Shown piece after piece: positions 16,377-25,956 of a stretch of DNA of 57,510 nt (positions within the stretch are counted from its first letter, which is position 1; every line of letters starts with the position of its first letter). Below the pieces are notes generated by a model. That model was not told where the DNA came from, made no database searches, and was given only the letters and a program-made list of their open reading frames with translations. The position numbers and the translations under genes were made by a program. Origin of the DNA: a virus; the IMG/VR virus record IMGVR_UViG_3300035698_011381, one strand, 5' to 3'.

Positions 16377-16986
16377 TCTTCTTCTTATACCCCACGAGCC
16401 CCGCGTCGCTTAACGACAGCCTTATGTGAGCGGGCACGGCGGTTTTTATGTCCCTGACCACCTGCTCCTTAAACCCCGCCATACCCCCACCCGGCGCGTT
16501 GGAAAAGAACGGGTAGACTTTCGTCCCTTTCAGGCGCGACGGGCCAGATACTTTCGCCACGACCATCGGAAGTTTAAGGCTCTGAATCTCACTACTTGTC
16601 AGCACACGTTTCCCGGTGGCCTTTTTGAACGCCTGTATTTTCTTGCGGTTCTCCCCCGCCCAGTAATCGAACTGAGCCTTTGTCATTTTCACCACTTGTG
16701 AGCGGCTTATAGGGGAATTGCCGTTAAACAATCGCGGGTCGTTTTTGGGGTTGCGAAACCACACCAATATCTTGGCTGTGTTCGGAGTAACAGGGCCTCG
16801 TCCGTTGTGAATGTAGGTCGCCCAGAATTGAGGCACGATTAACGCCCACGACGCGGGGCCTCTCGCATTCTGTTGTTTGTATATGCTCCTGCGCAACTGG
16901 TTACTAAGTATCTTCGGTCTCGCAAAAGCTAACGCCTTCGTAGCTGTGGCCTCCGCGAGCGTTGGCAGTAGTGCTTTGTAGGCCAC
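16360..16986 (-). CDS. Hypothetical protein (last gene of the late block)
   Basis: GTG start with an AAGGA RBS right after the portal stop; 208 aa. Confidence 0.5.
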   Translation of the reverse strand: MAYKALLPTLAEATATKALAFARPKILSNQLRRSIYKQQNARGPASWALIVPQFWATYIHNGRGPVTPNTAKILVWFRNPKNDPRLFNGNSPISRSQVVKMTKAQFDYWAGENRKKIQAFKKATGKRVLTSSEIQSLKLPMVVAKVSGPSRLKGTKVYPFFSNAPGGGMAGFKEQVVRDIKTAVPAHIRLSLSDAGLVGYKKKITLNI

Positions 16987-16988
16987 GG

Positions 16989-18362
16989 TTAGTCCTTAAC
17001 GCCGTCGTTAAGGTCACGGTCTACTTCCACGGCTTCTTCGTGCATTTTACCGAGAGTGTCGAGGCCGTCGAGATTGATCTGGGATGTGATCGAGCGCAGG
17101 CGGAAGTCGTTCTCTTCGAGTTTCAAGTCCCCGTTTTCGTCGTTGTTGCCGAGGGTCGAGGCCAAGACCTTCTGCACGATCTGCTGAGCTGGGCCGATGC
17201 GCAGGAGCTGGAAGCCTACCAACGAGCTTGAGAACTCGTTCGACGCGCCGAGCTTACCGGAGATCTGGATACCTGCGAGCAGAGGCGGTACTCCGTGAGC
17301 TGTAACAATGTTCAGAGCGAACGTTTCGTTATCCTTGGTAAACTGGTCTTCAGTTTTCATGTCGGCGGCGAGCTTGATGGCTTCCACTTTGGCGTCGGGA
17401 CTAGCGATATTCAGTGCCATGTTCTTGTAGTTGTTGCCCTCGCCGGACGTGCCGGTGACATTGTCGTTGATGGTTTTCCAATCGTCCTCGTCTACCTTCG
17501 CACCGGTGATAGAAAGAATGAAATCCATCACGCCGCGATTGTGATAAAAATCGGCCTTGTACTGCTTGGCCTTTTTCAGCAGGTCGATGTCGATTGCCGC
17601 CGCGAGCCAAGAAGGGTAGCCGTAATATTTAACGCGATTACTGGGCTCTTGGAAAACGATAACCTCGGATACGGTGTCCTCGGTGTGGGAGGTCGATCCT
17701 TTGTACGGGCCTTCTTCAAGGAGCCACTTTTTGTGTTCCGCTCCGTAACGACTGAAGTACTTCAATGCGCCGCCGGTTTCTTGGACTTGGAAATAGAGGT
17801 GACGCCCGTTCTGGACAAAGCGCACGGATGCCGCAGGAAGGTGGCCGATCCATGTGATGTCCCCCCCTGTGCGAACCACTTCCAAATAACCGGTGCCGGT
17901 GTCGAGGAAGTCTTCTACTGCCGTCAGTAACTCGGGAGAAAATCCGAAATGAGTACGAGGGTCGAGCGCGGTGTCCGCGTCCGATTTAACGTAGGGTGCT
18001 CCCGTGAGCAGGGAAGCGACCTCAGCGGCGTGCTCCTCGGTAGCATCTATCGCGCCGTCGTTGTTGATGTCCTTGTCAGACAGGAAACCAAGGCCTGCTA
18101 TACAGTTCTTCTTGGTGACGATACAGGTAGCGTGGTGGGGTGATTTGTCCTTGAGCGCGAGGGCGGCTTTAATGTTGAGCGGCGGCGGAAGAACCTTCTG
18201 ACCTTGGAGAACTTCCGCGTTCGACCCTGCAGGCTCCGTGGTGCCTTTACTCCCGGAGATCGTAGTCAGAGCGTACATCTCACTTCCGGCACCCTTAAAC
18301 AACGGAGCGGGCGGTCGGGAACATACATTCGATACATTGAAGTTTTTGTCTTTGTCGCTCAT
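16989..18362 (-). CDS. Portal protein (PBSX/P2 gpQ-like family)
   Basis: YYGYPSWLAAAIDIDLL, the size (~457 aa) and an acidic C-terminus. The ATG at 18362 is preferred over the TTG at 18389. Confidence 0.7.
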   Translation of the reverse strand: MSDKDKNFNVSNVCSRPPAPLFKGAGSEMYALTTISGSKGTTEPAGSNAEVLQGQKVLPPPLNIKAALALKDKSPHHATCIVTKKNCIAGLGFLSDKDINNDGAIDATEEHAAEVASLLTGAPYVKSDADTALDPRTHFGFSPELLTAVEDFLDTGTGYLEVVRTGGDITWIGHLPAASVRFVQNGRHLYFQVQETGGALKYFSRYGAEHKKWLLEEGPYKGSTSHTEDTVSEVIVFQEPSNRVKYYGYPSWLAAAIDIDLLKKAKQYKADFYHNRGVMDFILSITGAKVDEDDWKTINDNVTGTSGEGNNYKNMALNIASPDAKVEAIKLAADMKTEDQFTKDNETFALNIVTAHGVPPLLAGIQISGKLGASNEFSSSLVGFQLLRIGPAQQIVQKVLASTLGNNDENGDLKLEENDFRLRSITSQINLDGLDTLGKMHEEAVEVDRDLNDGVKD

Positions 18363-18500
18363 AATATAGTCCCTTATAAGTCGCCGCAATACGGATTAAA
18401 AGCAAGGAGCGAGACCGTCTCTCCCAGCAAGCAATCCGCGTAAACGGCATATTCAAAATCTAAAGCACAGAGTACACGCGGGTGCGGTTCCGGTCAAGGA

Positions 18501-21500
18501 TTAGGCAAAGACATCTGGGTAGGCATTCGTATCGAACACACCGCTGATGAGAGCTGTGGTCGATATAAGATTACTTCCAAAGTTGTCCCAATACGCGTTA
18601 ATCCTACTTCCGATGCCGAAATCCATCTGACTACTGGAAGTGAACGCTAAAGGATCTACACTGTACCAATAACCGACCCGTGTTCCCATCGTAGAGCCTG
18701 TTGCGAAACAGAACCAGACATTGGGGAATCTCTCGTAGCCGGGAGACCACAGGCCGTACTTGAACCCGTAAGGGTCTCCGTGGATGTCTGTGAAAGTGGC
18801 TTTACGCAACCAAGACCATCCCGTGGTTCTGTCAATGTAGTCCGGGTTGTTGCCTATTCCGACGAGGATGTAAGTCGTAGCATCTTTAAACGTTCTGAAA
18901 TACATCCCAGTCGTTCCGAGGCTATTAAGTAAGGCAACAACAGCTACAAGTATTCCCGCAGAAAACACGTCGCTGGATCTGGATGTCGTGTCCTCGAACG
19001 CTACGACTCGTAACTGTGCCTCTTCGGTCAGGGTTACCTGCCCGTTAGCCGGTACGAGTTCGGCCACAACGCCAGTAGGTACGAGTCCATCCGTCCGGTA
19101 ATATGCCGTGGTGCCTGCTGGTTTTGAGATGGTTACTGTTACGGTGGTCATGTACTCGTAATCCAAACCACTGACCAATTCCGTTCCCCCCACGAATACT
19201 TGAGGTGTGGGAACGGAGCCGTATATATTAACGTCGTAAAACTCTGCCGATCCGTCTCCCTTGATCCTCCACCCTGCGACTCCTTCTACGTAGTTCGCTG
19301 ATTGTAGGACGTTCTGGCTTCCCGCGAGCCACGTAAAGGATTCTGTCCCGACCGCTGTCCACCCTTCGAGCTGTGAGACGAAATCCCACGACTCCAGAAT
19401 AGCCGAGAACTCGTTTACGATACGCACGAATCCTATTGAAAAGTTCCCCGTGTCCTCGACGGATGCGGGGTATATTCTCAAGGCCTGAAGGTTCGTCACT
19501 CCCCATGCAGTGGCTGTCGTCATGTCTACGTCAACAGTAACGTAGTCGAGCTCGCTGTTTGTAGACACGAACGCTACGGATTTGCTGGCCGTCCACGTCG
19601 GGTCACCGGTCGTCTGGAACCAGACCGACCCCTCGAAATTAGCGGCATCCGATTCCCTCTTAATGAATATCCGAACGATGTCGTGAAGGGAGGTATCCAT
19701 ATCGAGGGCTGTAGGGGACTCCACGTAAACACCCGCGCCGCTTCCGGTAAACGCTCCGTACATAAGACCGTCCGCGCCGGTTCCCACGACAGCATCTCCA
19801 CGAACCTCAAGGTTGGCAAACGCGGCGTTGCCCGCTCCATCTACCTTGAAACCGGTGGACGAATCGAATCCATCGGATTTAATACTCGCGTCCCCTCCGT
19901 CCAGTGTTATTTCCGTGGCGTCCATCGTGCCAGTGGTAATCTTACCGGCTTCGAGGGTCGCTATCTTGGCCGACGTGATTACCGCGTCTCTGATCTGAGC
20001 ACTTAGCGTAACGAGCTCTCCCGTAGTAACCTTAGCCGCCGTGACAGAGTACGCCTGAAGTTTGGGCGTGGAAATCGCGTCGTCCTGAATCATCGTTTCC
20101 GTGATGGAGTTGGGGCCGGGGATCGCCTCCACTGTGTCGATTCCGTTTCCAAAAGCCTCGGTCGTCCACGCACTGGAGTTGCCGGACACGTCTCTCGACC
20201 GCACTTGAAAGTAGTAAGAATTTTCTGTGTCCACGGGGGCGGCGAAGAACACAGCTCCCGTGTTTCCGATAATCTCGGCTCCGGCCATTCCCGTCGCGTC
20301 GGCTCTTTGTATCTCGTAGTACGCAAGCTCGGTAACAACATCTGGGGGTGTCCACGATAGCCAGACCGTACTGAACATCTCGTCGTCCGAGCCGGAGCCT
20401 GTGGCGACTAAAGAAGCAGGGGGCCCTGTAAGCTGGCTCGTGGCGACGGCCACGGTCTTAACCAGAATCTCTTCCACATAGCTGTCGATGAAGGTAGTCG
20501 AGTCCTTGGCCCGTACAATAATATCGTACCCTACGTTGATGTCGAGAACTCCAAAAGTGATCGGCACGCTGAAATCGTAACCGGCTGTGTTTTCAATCGG
20601 CCCGCCCGCGACGACAGTTTCTTTTACAGTGCCTGTAGCCCTATAGGACACTGACCAGAACGACAAGTCGCCGTCTTGGTCTGCAATGTTCCCCGACACA
20701 ACGTAAGGGACTCCTGCATAGGGGGTCGGCTCAAGCGCGTCCAGCGTTATGGTCGGAGCGAAGAAACGATTCACAGGGAATAGGTAGGTTAAAGCAGGGT
20801 CTGGAACCGCCGCGATGTCCCTCGTGCCGAATACATTGAACGGGGTCGTTTTAAAGAACACGTCGTCTTGTGCCGCCGCCGCCGCAGGGAAGTCGGGGTG
20901 GCTGTAGATTTCAATGGAGGATCTGCGCACGAGCCACGCTTCCGCTCCCGAGCTAAATGACTTCTGCCCTGTAGAGAACCGTCCTCGAAGAACAGTCACG
21001 TCGTATTGGCCAGCGGTCACGAGGGACATACTGCTTACGGCCATAATCTCCGTAATGGCGAACCCGTTGGCGTCGTTGGCGATCTGGCCGCCAGAGATTT
21101 CGGCCACGATAAGCAGAAACTGGTCTGCTGACGCGCTTACGTCGCCGGGAGTGTGGTCGAAATTCTCAAGGTCGAGAGCGTTGGATAAGGCTGTGTTGAT
21201 TCTGGGGGTCACGCCTGCGTCCGTGAAAGCATCCTGCAACGTCGCGCGGACAGCAAAGGTTCTCTGGTTCCCTAGAGCAGGGAAAGATCCCGTAGCCTCA
21301 ACAGGGTCGTAAAGGACACCGTATCCCACTGTCATGTTATCTGCTCGCTGTGCCAGTACAGCTACTCCGTACTCTACTTCAGAAAGGGCAGGCGGCATCT
21401 CCATGGGGCGCACGTAAACAAAGGCTTCCGGCTCGGGGAACGTGTTGTTGTCCGTGGTCGGCGTAACTACCGCTGGTGAGTACGTTAGAGGGACGAGATT

Positions 21501-22844
21501 CGTCTCGGCCTTGAACGTTATTCCGATGGCTCCTGACTGGTTGGCTTGTTTCTCAAGTACTTTACAAACCTGAGTTGTTGCGGTCGCGTCGCTCGGCTCG
21601 ATGTCTATGTCGAGGCGGAAAAGGTCGCCCACGTTCAGTAGGTTGCCCACTACCCTGCGCAAAACGACTTCTCCTCCCAGTGACGGGCGGGATAAGGATT
21701 TCGACCACTCAGCCGCGTGGGCAAGTGCTTGCTCCCTGCGTGTTATCCACAGCCGTGCCAGTGTGCGGTTGGACGGCCCGCCGGTCAGGTCAACGAGGCT
21801 CAAGTCCTCGTACTTGTCGGACGATCTCTTGAAGGTTCTCTCCCTGTCCGAGAAATTAACGATGAAGCCTGTCGGGATGCCGCTCCAGCTCTCGGCATCG
21901 AAGTCGGGAGACTCCGTCATGTCGTCGAATCCTACAGCGGTGAGGGCGGCTACCTCCACATCCGTGAGCACAACACCGTGATCCCAATAACCTGCCTTAA
22001 TAGTGGCAGATTCGTCGTCCCACAGTAAAAAGGAATCAGAAACGTTCAGCATGTCCGCCAGCACGACCCGCAAGCTCACCTGCGTAGCGAGCAGAGGGGA
22101 CACATACATGAGGTCTTTGTTTAAGAATAAGGCGTTTGCTGTGGCCCTGAAAGAAGACTGGCCAAACACGGAAGCGGCCATTCCCAGTCCGTACCTTGTG
22201 TTCGTCATCAACTCTAAAGTGGAACACAGGGGGTTGGTCTGTCCGTCGTCCAGTGATCCTTCTAGGGACGCGATAAGGGGTTGCACCGCCGCTCGGCTTA
22301 CAACGATCTCGACATTGGGCGACGTTACTTTTTCCCGCCCGAACAGGATATCCCGAAACTCGATGAGAGACACCCCCCTGTAATCTGGGTGGTCGTCTCC
22401 TCGGTCGTTGTTCGCTTCCTTGAGCACAGAAGATGCGTCGAGTTCTTGGTCGTCCGTGCCCCAATAGAAATTAAAAGTACCGTAACCTGCAATAGTTCCG
22501 GTGTAGAAATCGGACGCGTCCCGAGCAACGTTGCCCTCCCAAACCTGTTCCCCGTCAAATGAAATAGAAACGAGGGTGTCCACGGCTCCCATGCACACAA
22601 TAGCGGCGACGCTTCCGTAGTAGTCGTAAATCCCTGTTTCAGCACTGCCCCCTTTTTTGCCGCTCCCGCCTTTTTTGCCGGAGTCGGCTTCCACTTCTAC
22701 AGTGCGCTGGTTGTAGGTGTTCGACACCCACCGAGCCCCGACCTTGCGTGTTCCTGCGATGTACGGAATAGGAATAGATTCTTGAGAGGTGCTGAAGTCC
22801 TCATCTTCTACCCCCGCGACTGTTGGTGTTGTTACTTCACTCAT
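18501..22844 (-). CDS. Host-specificity / central tail fibre protein (lambda J / GTA g15-like)
   Basis: About 1447 aa. The N-terminus reads IPIPYIAGTRKVGARW...YDYYGSVAAIVCMGAVDTL..FDGEQVW. It lies after the NlpC/P60 gene, and its ATG overlaps the upstream TGA (ATGA). Confidence 0.7.
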   Translation of the reverse strand: MSEVTTPTVAGVEDEDFSTSQESIPIPYIAGTRKVGARWVSNTYNQRTVEVEADSGKKGGSGKKGGSAETGIYDYYGSVAAIVCMGAVDTLVSISFDGEQVWEGNVARDASDFYTGTIAGYGTFNFYWGTDDQELDASSVLKEANNDRGDDHPDYRGVSLIEFRDILFGREKVTSPNVEIVVSRAAVQPLIASLEGSLDDGQTNPLCSTLELMTNTRYGLGMAASVFGQSSFRATANALFLNKDLMYVSPLLATQVSLRVVLADMLNVSDSFLLWDDESATIKAGYWDHGVVLTDVEVAALTAVGFDDMTESPDFDAESWSGIPTGFIVNFSDRERTFKRSSDKYEDLSLVDLTGGPSNRTLARLWITRREQALAHAAEWSKSLSRPSLGGEVVLRRVVGNLLNVGDLFRLDIDIEPSDATATTQVCKVLEKQANQSGAIGITFKAETNLVPLTYSPAVVTPTTDNNTFPEPEAFVYVRPMEMPPALSEVEYGVAVLAQRADNMTVGYGVLYDPVEATGSFPALGNQRTFAVRATLQDAFTDAGVTPRINTALSNALDLENFDHTPGDVSASADQFLLIVAEISGGQIANDANGFAITEIMAVSSMSLVTAGQYDVTVLRGRFSTGQKSFSSGAEAWLVRRSSIEIYSHPDFPAAAAAQDDVFFKTTPFNVFGTRDIAAVPDPALTYLFPVNRFFAPTITLDALEPTPYAGVPYVVSGNIADQDGDLSFWSVSYRATGTVKETVVAGGPIENTAGYDFSVPITFGVLDINVGYDIIVRAKDSTTFIDSYVEEILVKTVAVATSQLTGPPASLVATGSGSDDEMFSTVWLSWTPPDVVTELAYYEIQRADATGMAGAEIIGNTGAVFFAAPVDTENSYYFQVRSRDVSGNSSAWTTEAFGNGIDTVEAIPGPNSITETMIQDDAISTPKLQAYSVTAAKVTTGELVTLSAQIRDAVITSAKIATLEAGKITTGTMDATEITLDGGDASIKSDGFDSSTGFKVDGAGNAAFANLEVRGDAVVGTGADGLMYGAFTGSGAGVYVESPTALDMDTSLHDIVRIFIKRESDAANFEGSVWFQTTGDPTWTASKSVAFVSTNSELDYVTVDVDMTTATAWGVTNLQALRIYPASVEDTGNFSIGFVRIVNEFSAILESWDFVSQLEGWTAVGTESFTWLAGSQNVLQSANYVEGVAGWRIKGDGSAEFYDVNIYGSVPTPQVFVGGTELVSGLDYEYMTTVTVTISKPAGTTAYYRTDGLVPTGVVAELVPANGQVTLTEEAQLRVVAFEDTTSRSSDVFSAGILVAVVALLNSLGTTGMYFRTFKDATTYILVGIGNNPDYIDRTTGWSWLRKATFTDIHGDPYGFKYGLWSPGYERFPNVWFCFATGSTMGTRVGYWYSVDPLAFTSSSQMDFGIGSRINAYWDNFGSNLISTTALISGVFDTNAYPDVFA

Positions 22845-23296
22845 ACTTTCCATCTCCAAACTACGGCTAAACGGTCTTTGTACGTCGGGTCGGACATCAT
22901 CCCGTAGGTCGTCCCGAGCCCCTTCATGGAGTGGATAAACTTACCGTCGTTCAGAACCACTCCAAGGTGGTGTATGCAGGAGCCTATACGAAACCCGAGC
23001 AAGTCTCCAACTAAAATACTTTCTGCCGTCTTCAGGCGAGCCAGCCCGTCCACCCCTACTATGAACTGTTCGACCAGACTGTTTTTGTGTACCCCGCTCC
23101 ATCCCATATCAGCGGAGGGGGCACGCGCATCGAACGGGAGACCGCACCCAAGATAAACCTGTTCCGCGAGTGTGTGACAGGATACCCCGTGCCCTTTTAT
23201 TCTCGCGTTCGGCACGAAGGGAGTTCCCAACCAGTCTTTGGCGGAGGCTTCTAGGCGGGCGAGCCTGTCGGCAGTATTAAACCATGTAGGGGTCAT
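22841..23296 (-). CDS. NlpC/P60 cell-wall peptidase, tail-associated (lambda K / GTA g14-like)
   Basis: GVSCHTLAEQVY (catalytic Cys) plus IHHLGVVL...FIHS (His residues). Its position is conserved between the hub and J-like proteins. Confidence 0.7.
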   Translation of the reverse strand: MTPTWFNTADRLARLEASAKDWLGTPFVPNARIKGHGVSCHTLAEQVYLGCGLPFDARAPSADMGWSGVHKNSLVEQFIVGVDGLARLKTAESILVGDLLGFRIGSCIHHLGVVLNDGKFIHSMKGLGTTYGMMSDPTYKDRLAVVWRWKV

Positions 23297-25941
23297 TACT
23301 TCTTACCCCCTTCAGAGTGATCCTTATTGATCTTGGCTAGGGCTGGATTTCCGATTGGGCTAAAGGGGAACCCTCCGAACCGAGGGTAATTGTTGAACTT
23401 ACCTTCTTCGTTGGAGGGTGTGGCATATTCCAGACACGTCACTCTCCTGCCGTCACAACCCGCCCACAGGTTGATGTTGTCTGCAACACTCAAGGCTTCC
23501 TTCAGCGGGTGCCTGATCGTAAGGAGTGTGTTGCCTCCCTCGGCGACAGAATCCAAGATACTGCGACTCTGGAAATCGACAGCTACGCCGAGCTCTATCT
23601 TACCGCCCGCGAAGTAGTGCTCAAACTGTTCAACCGCTGGGCGGGGTTCTTCGGGTGTCGAGTTGGCGAAAGCGGGGGTCTGGATAAGTACCTTGTACCA
23701 ATCGTCGTCCGCCCCGCCTGCGTACGGGTACTCCACAACAGAAGCGTTCATTATCCAGTCGGCGGCTAGGAGCCCGCACGGCGGACTGAACACGAGATAG
23801 TTACAGGTGGGTTGCATGAGAACGTTCGGCACCATCCTGTCGAACAGTGCGCTGATGCCTGAGCAGGTTGCCTCGATAATCGGCCCGTCCGTGGTTGCTC
23901 GGGATACAGATCCTTTGAATATCGTAGTAGGCGAGTCTGTGATGGTGCCGGAAGCGTTCGGGGAGCATTCCTTGATCGTCAGGTATAAAATAGATTCCAG
24001 TTTCAGTGGGATGAAAAGGTTTAGCGGGTTATTTAGATTGACATTCTCGGGGGTCGTGTCGTCTACGAACGTGCGCGATGTCAATTTCACATCTGCCTTT
24101 TCCATGTTGACATTCTCACGAATATCAGAATGCTCAAACGGGCGAGACTGCCATGTCAGCGTCCCGTTGCCAATGTCCTGTTCGTGGCTCGTGTACCTCC
24201 ATGTATCGTAATTTGCAAGCTCGAATTCGTACAGGTATGCTACGTTGTCGGCGGCTCCCGAGTCCGTTTCGGCGTACTCCTTCGGCACCTCGATAAAGGG
24301 AGAACGTATAACGGCTACCGCGTCCGTTACGAACGAAATTTCAAACTCGTCGGAGCCGAACCGCGAGAGAAGCAAGGGCGACAGGCTCGTGTTAGACGGG
24401 GAGTGCTCCTCGGTCGGGGCGGTCGTCAGGGTGATGACGTTCGCCGCGTTGGAAGCGATCTCAAAACCCGTGGCAGAGGTGCCTTTAATCAGCGCGAGGT
24501 AATCGTCCTCCCCGAAACCGACCCCATTGTCCACGGAGAGTTCGGTCAGGTACACGAGGGACAGAGTTATCGTACCAGAGAACGTGCCTTTACCCCAGAA
24601 AACATTTGCGGCTGGGATTGTGTATGCGAGGGTTGGGGGCGGAGCCGATCCTATCGCTGTCGTCCAGCCCGCTTCGGGCGGTACAACAGCGGTAGATATA
24701 TTTACCCAAACCTCAAAGTGGGGCTGGTCAATAAGAGCCCACGCTTCTTGTCCGGCGTTATATTCAAGAACGATGTCGCCCTTCACATATCTCGGGCGCC
24801 CGCTTACAATCGATTCAAGGGAGTAGAGGCCGTCCGCATGGGTCAGAGTTTCACTAACCGTAATCGTATCGGGATAGTCCTGCTCCTTGAAATAGTTCTC
24901 CACGCTCTCGTTCCCGACATCCGCAACCACTGAAAAGATCTCGCCGTGGGTTGTGCTCTCCCACTTCGCCCAAGTGTCGGTAGGGTCGTGCCAGACCGTC
25001 TCCCCGTTAACTAACGGAAGCAGTGAGTCGTGCCATGTGACTGTCCCCTGAAGTCCTGCGGGAACAGCGTCCGTAGAGATCGTCTGAGGTACGGGAGTCA
25101 CAGGAGCCACTAAACGACAACCCGCCACAGCGAGAGGTAGCCAGAACCGTCCAACAGTCCCCTTTGCGTCGTAGAAGAACCGGAGCATCCGCTTAAAATC
25201 TGACCACCCGTCGCACAAGAAATCCTGCTCTGTTTTACGTGCTCCGTCTTGGTCGTAATACGTGTCGGAGGTCGTGCGCCCGATGCCTATCTCGTCCTTA
25301 ACGATTGTGTATTTCGCTTCTCCAGCTTCAAGCCCGCCCGCCCAGTTCGGGAGTAGGGGAAACATTTTCTGAGCCGATCCGTTGATAAGCGGCCCGTCCG
25401 TGAAGGTCTCTACGTCCACGGTAAGTGCGTACTCGATAGCAGAATTCTCGATAAAAGAAATGGAAACCGTGGAGACCTCATCGGTCTCATTATCAGGGGA
25501 GGGGGCACGGTCGAACCTCCCCAAAAGAACGGGGGCTTTTAAAGCGTCTGCGGAGGGGGTAAAGGTTCCGGGAGATGCTCCGTCGAGGTAAACCTCCCAT
25601 GTGTCCCATCCCTGCTCCCAAGCTACCCACAGACCCCCGCCTATTCCGTCTTTATCCGTTGAGGCATATCCCGATTGCGCAGGCCAGAAGGGAACCATCA
25701 CAGGGCTGTTGGCTAGTTCTTTTAAGGCGACTCGAAACTCCGAGGATTCCTCGCGAACAGTAAGTATCTCGAATCCCATCCTCGTGCGTAGAGATAGAGC
25801 GAGAGGTGTCCTGTCCTCCTTACCTGAAAGACCGGTCGTTGTGTCGCTCGGAACAGAAAAGGAACAGTCTACGGTCTCGTCCCAGTTGGGCGTGTAGTAA
25901 AGCAGAAATGCGTCGGCCCCTGCGAATGTAAATTTCTTCAT
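23296..25941 (-). CDS. Distal tail / hub protein, apparent fusion of GTA g12-like and g13 (BR0599)-like modules with an inserted domain
   Basis: The C-terminus WAGCDGRRVTCLEY...KFNNYPRFGGFPFSPIGNP matches the BR0599/lambda gpL-type Cys motif. The N-terminus resembles DUF2460-type proteins. The gene sits directly after the tape measure. Confidence 0.6.
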   Translation of the reverse strand: MKKFTFAGADAFLLYYTPNWDETVDCSFSVPSDTTTGLSGKEDRTPLALSLRTRMGFEILTVREESSEFRVALKELANSPVMVPFWPAQSGYASTDKDGIGGGLWVAWEQGWDTWEVYLDGASPGTFTPSADALKAPVLLGRFDRAPSPDNETDEVSTVSISFIENSAIEYALTVDVETFTDGPLINGSAQKMFPLLPNWAGGLEAGEAKYTIVKDEIGIGRTTSDTYYDQDGARKTEQDFLCDGWSDFKRMLRFFYDAKGTVGRFWLPLAVAGCRLVAPVTPVPQTISTDAVPAGLQGTVTWHDSLLPLVNGETVWHDPTDTWAKWESTTHGEIFSVVADVGNESVENYFKEQDYPDTITVSETLTHADGLYSLESIVSGRPRYVKGDIVLEYNAGQEAWALIDQPHFEVWVNISTAVVPPEAGWTTAIGSAPPPTLAYTIPAANVFWGKGTFSGTITLSLVYLTELSVDNGVGFGEDDYLALIKGTSATGFEIASNAANVITLTTAPTEEHSPSNTSLSPLLLSRFGSDEFEISFVTDAVAVIRSPFIEVPKEYAETDSGAADNVAYLYEFELANYDTWRYTSHEQDIGNGTLTWQSRPFEHSDIRENVNMEKADVKLTSRTFVDDTTPENVNLNNPLNLFIPLKLESILYLTIKECSPNASGTITDSPTTIFKGSVSRATTDGPIIEATCSGISALFDRMVPNVLMQPTCNYLVFSPPCGLLAADWIMNASVVEYPYAGGADDDWYKVLIQTPAFANSTPEEPRPAVEQFEHYFAGGKIELGVAVDFQSRSILDSVAEGGNTLLTIRHPLKEALSVADNINLWAGCDGRRVTCLEYATPSNEEGKFNNYPRFGGFPFSPIGNPALAKINKDHSEGGKK

Positions 25942-25956
25942 GGTCAGGTCTCCTTA

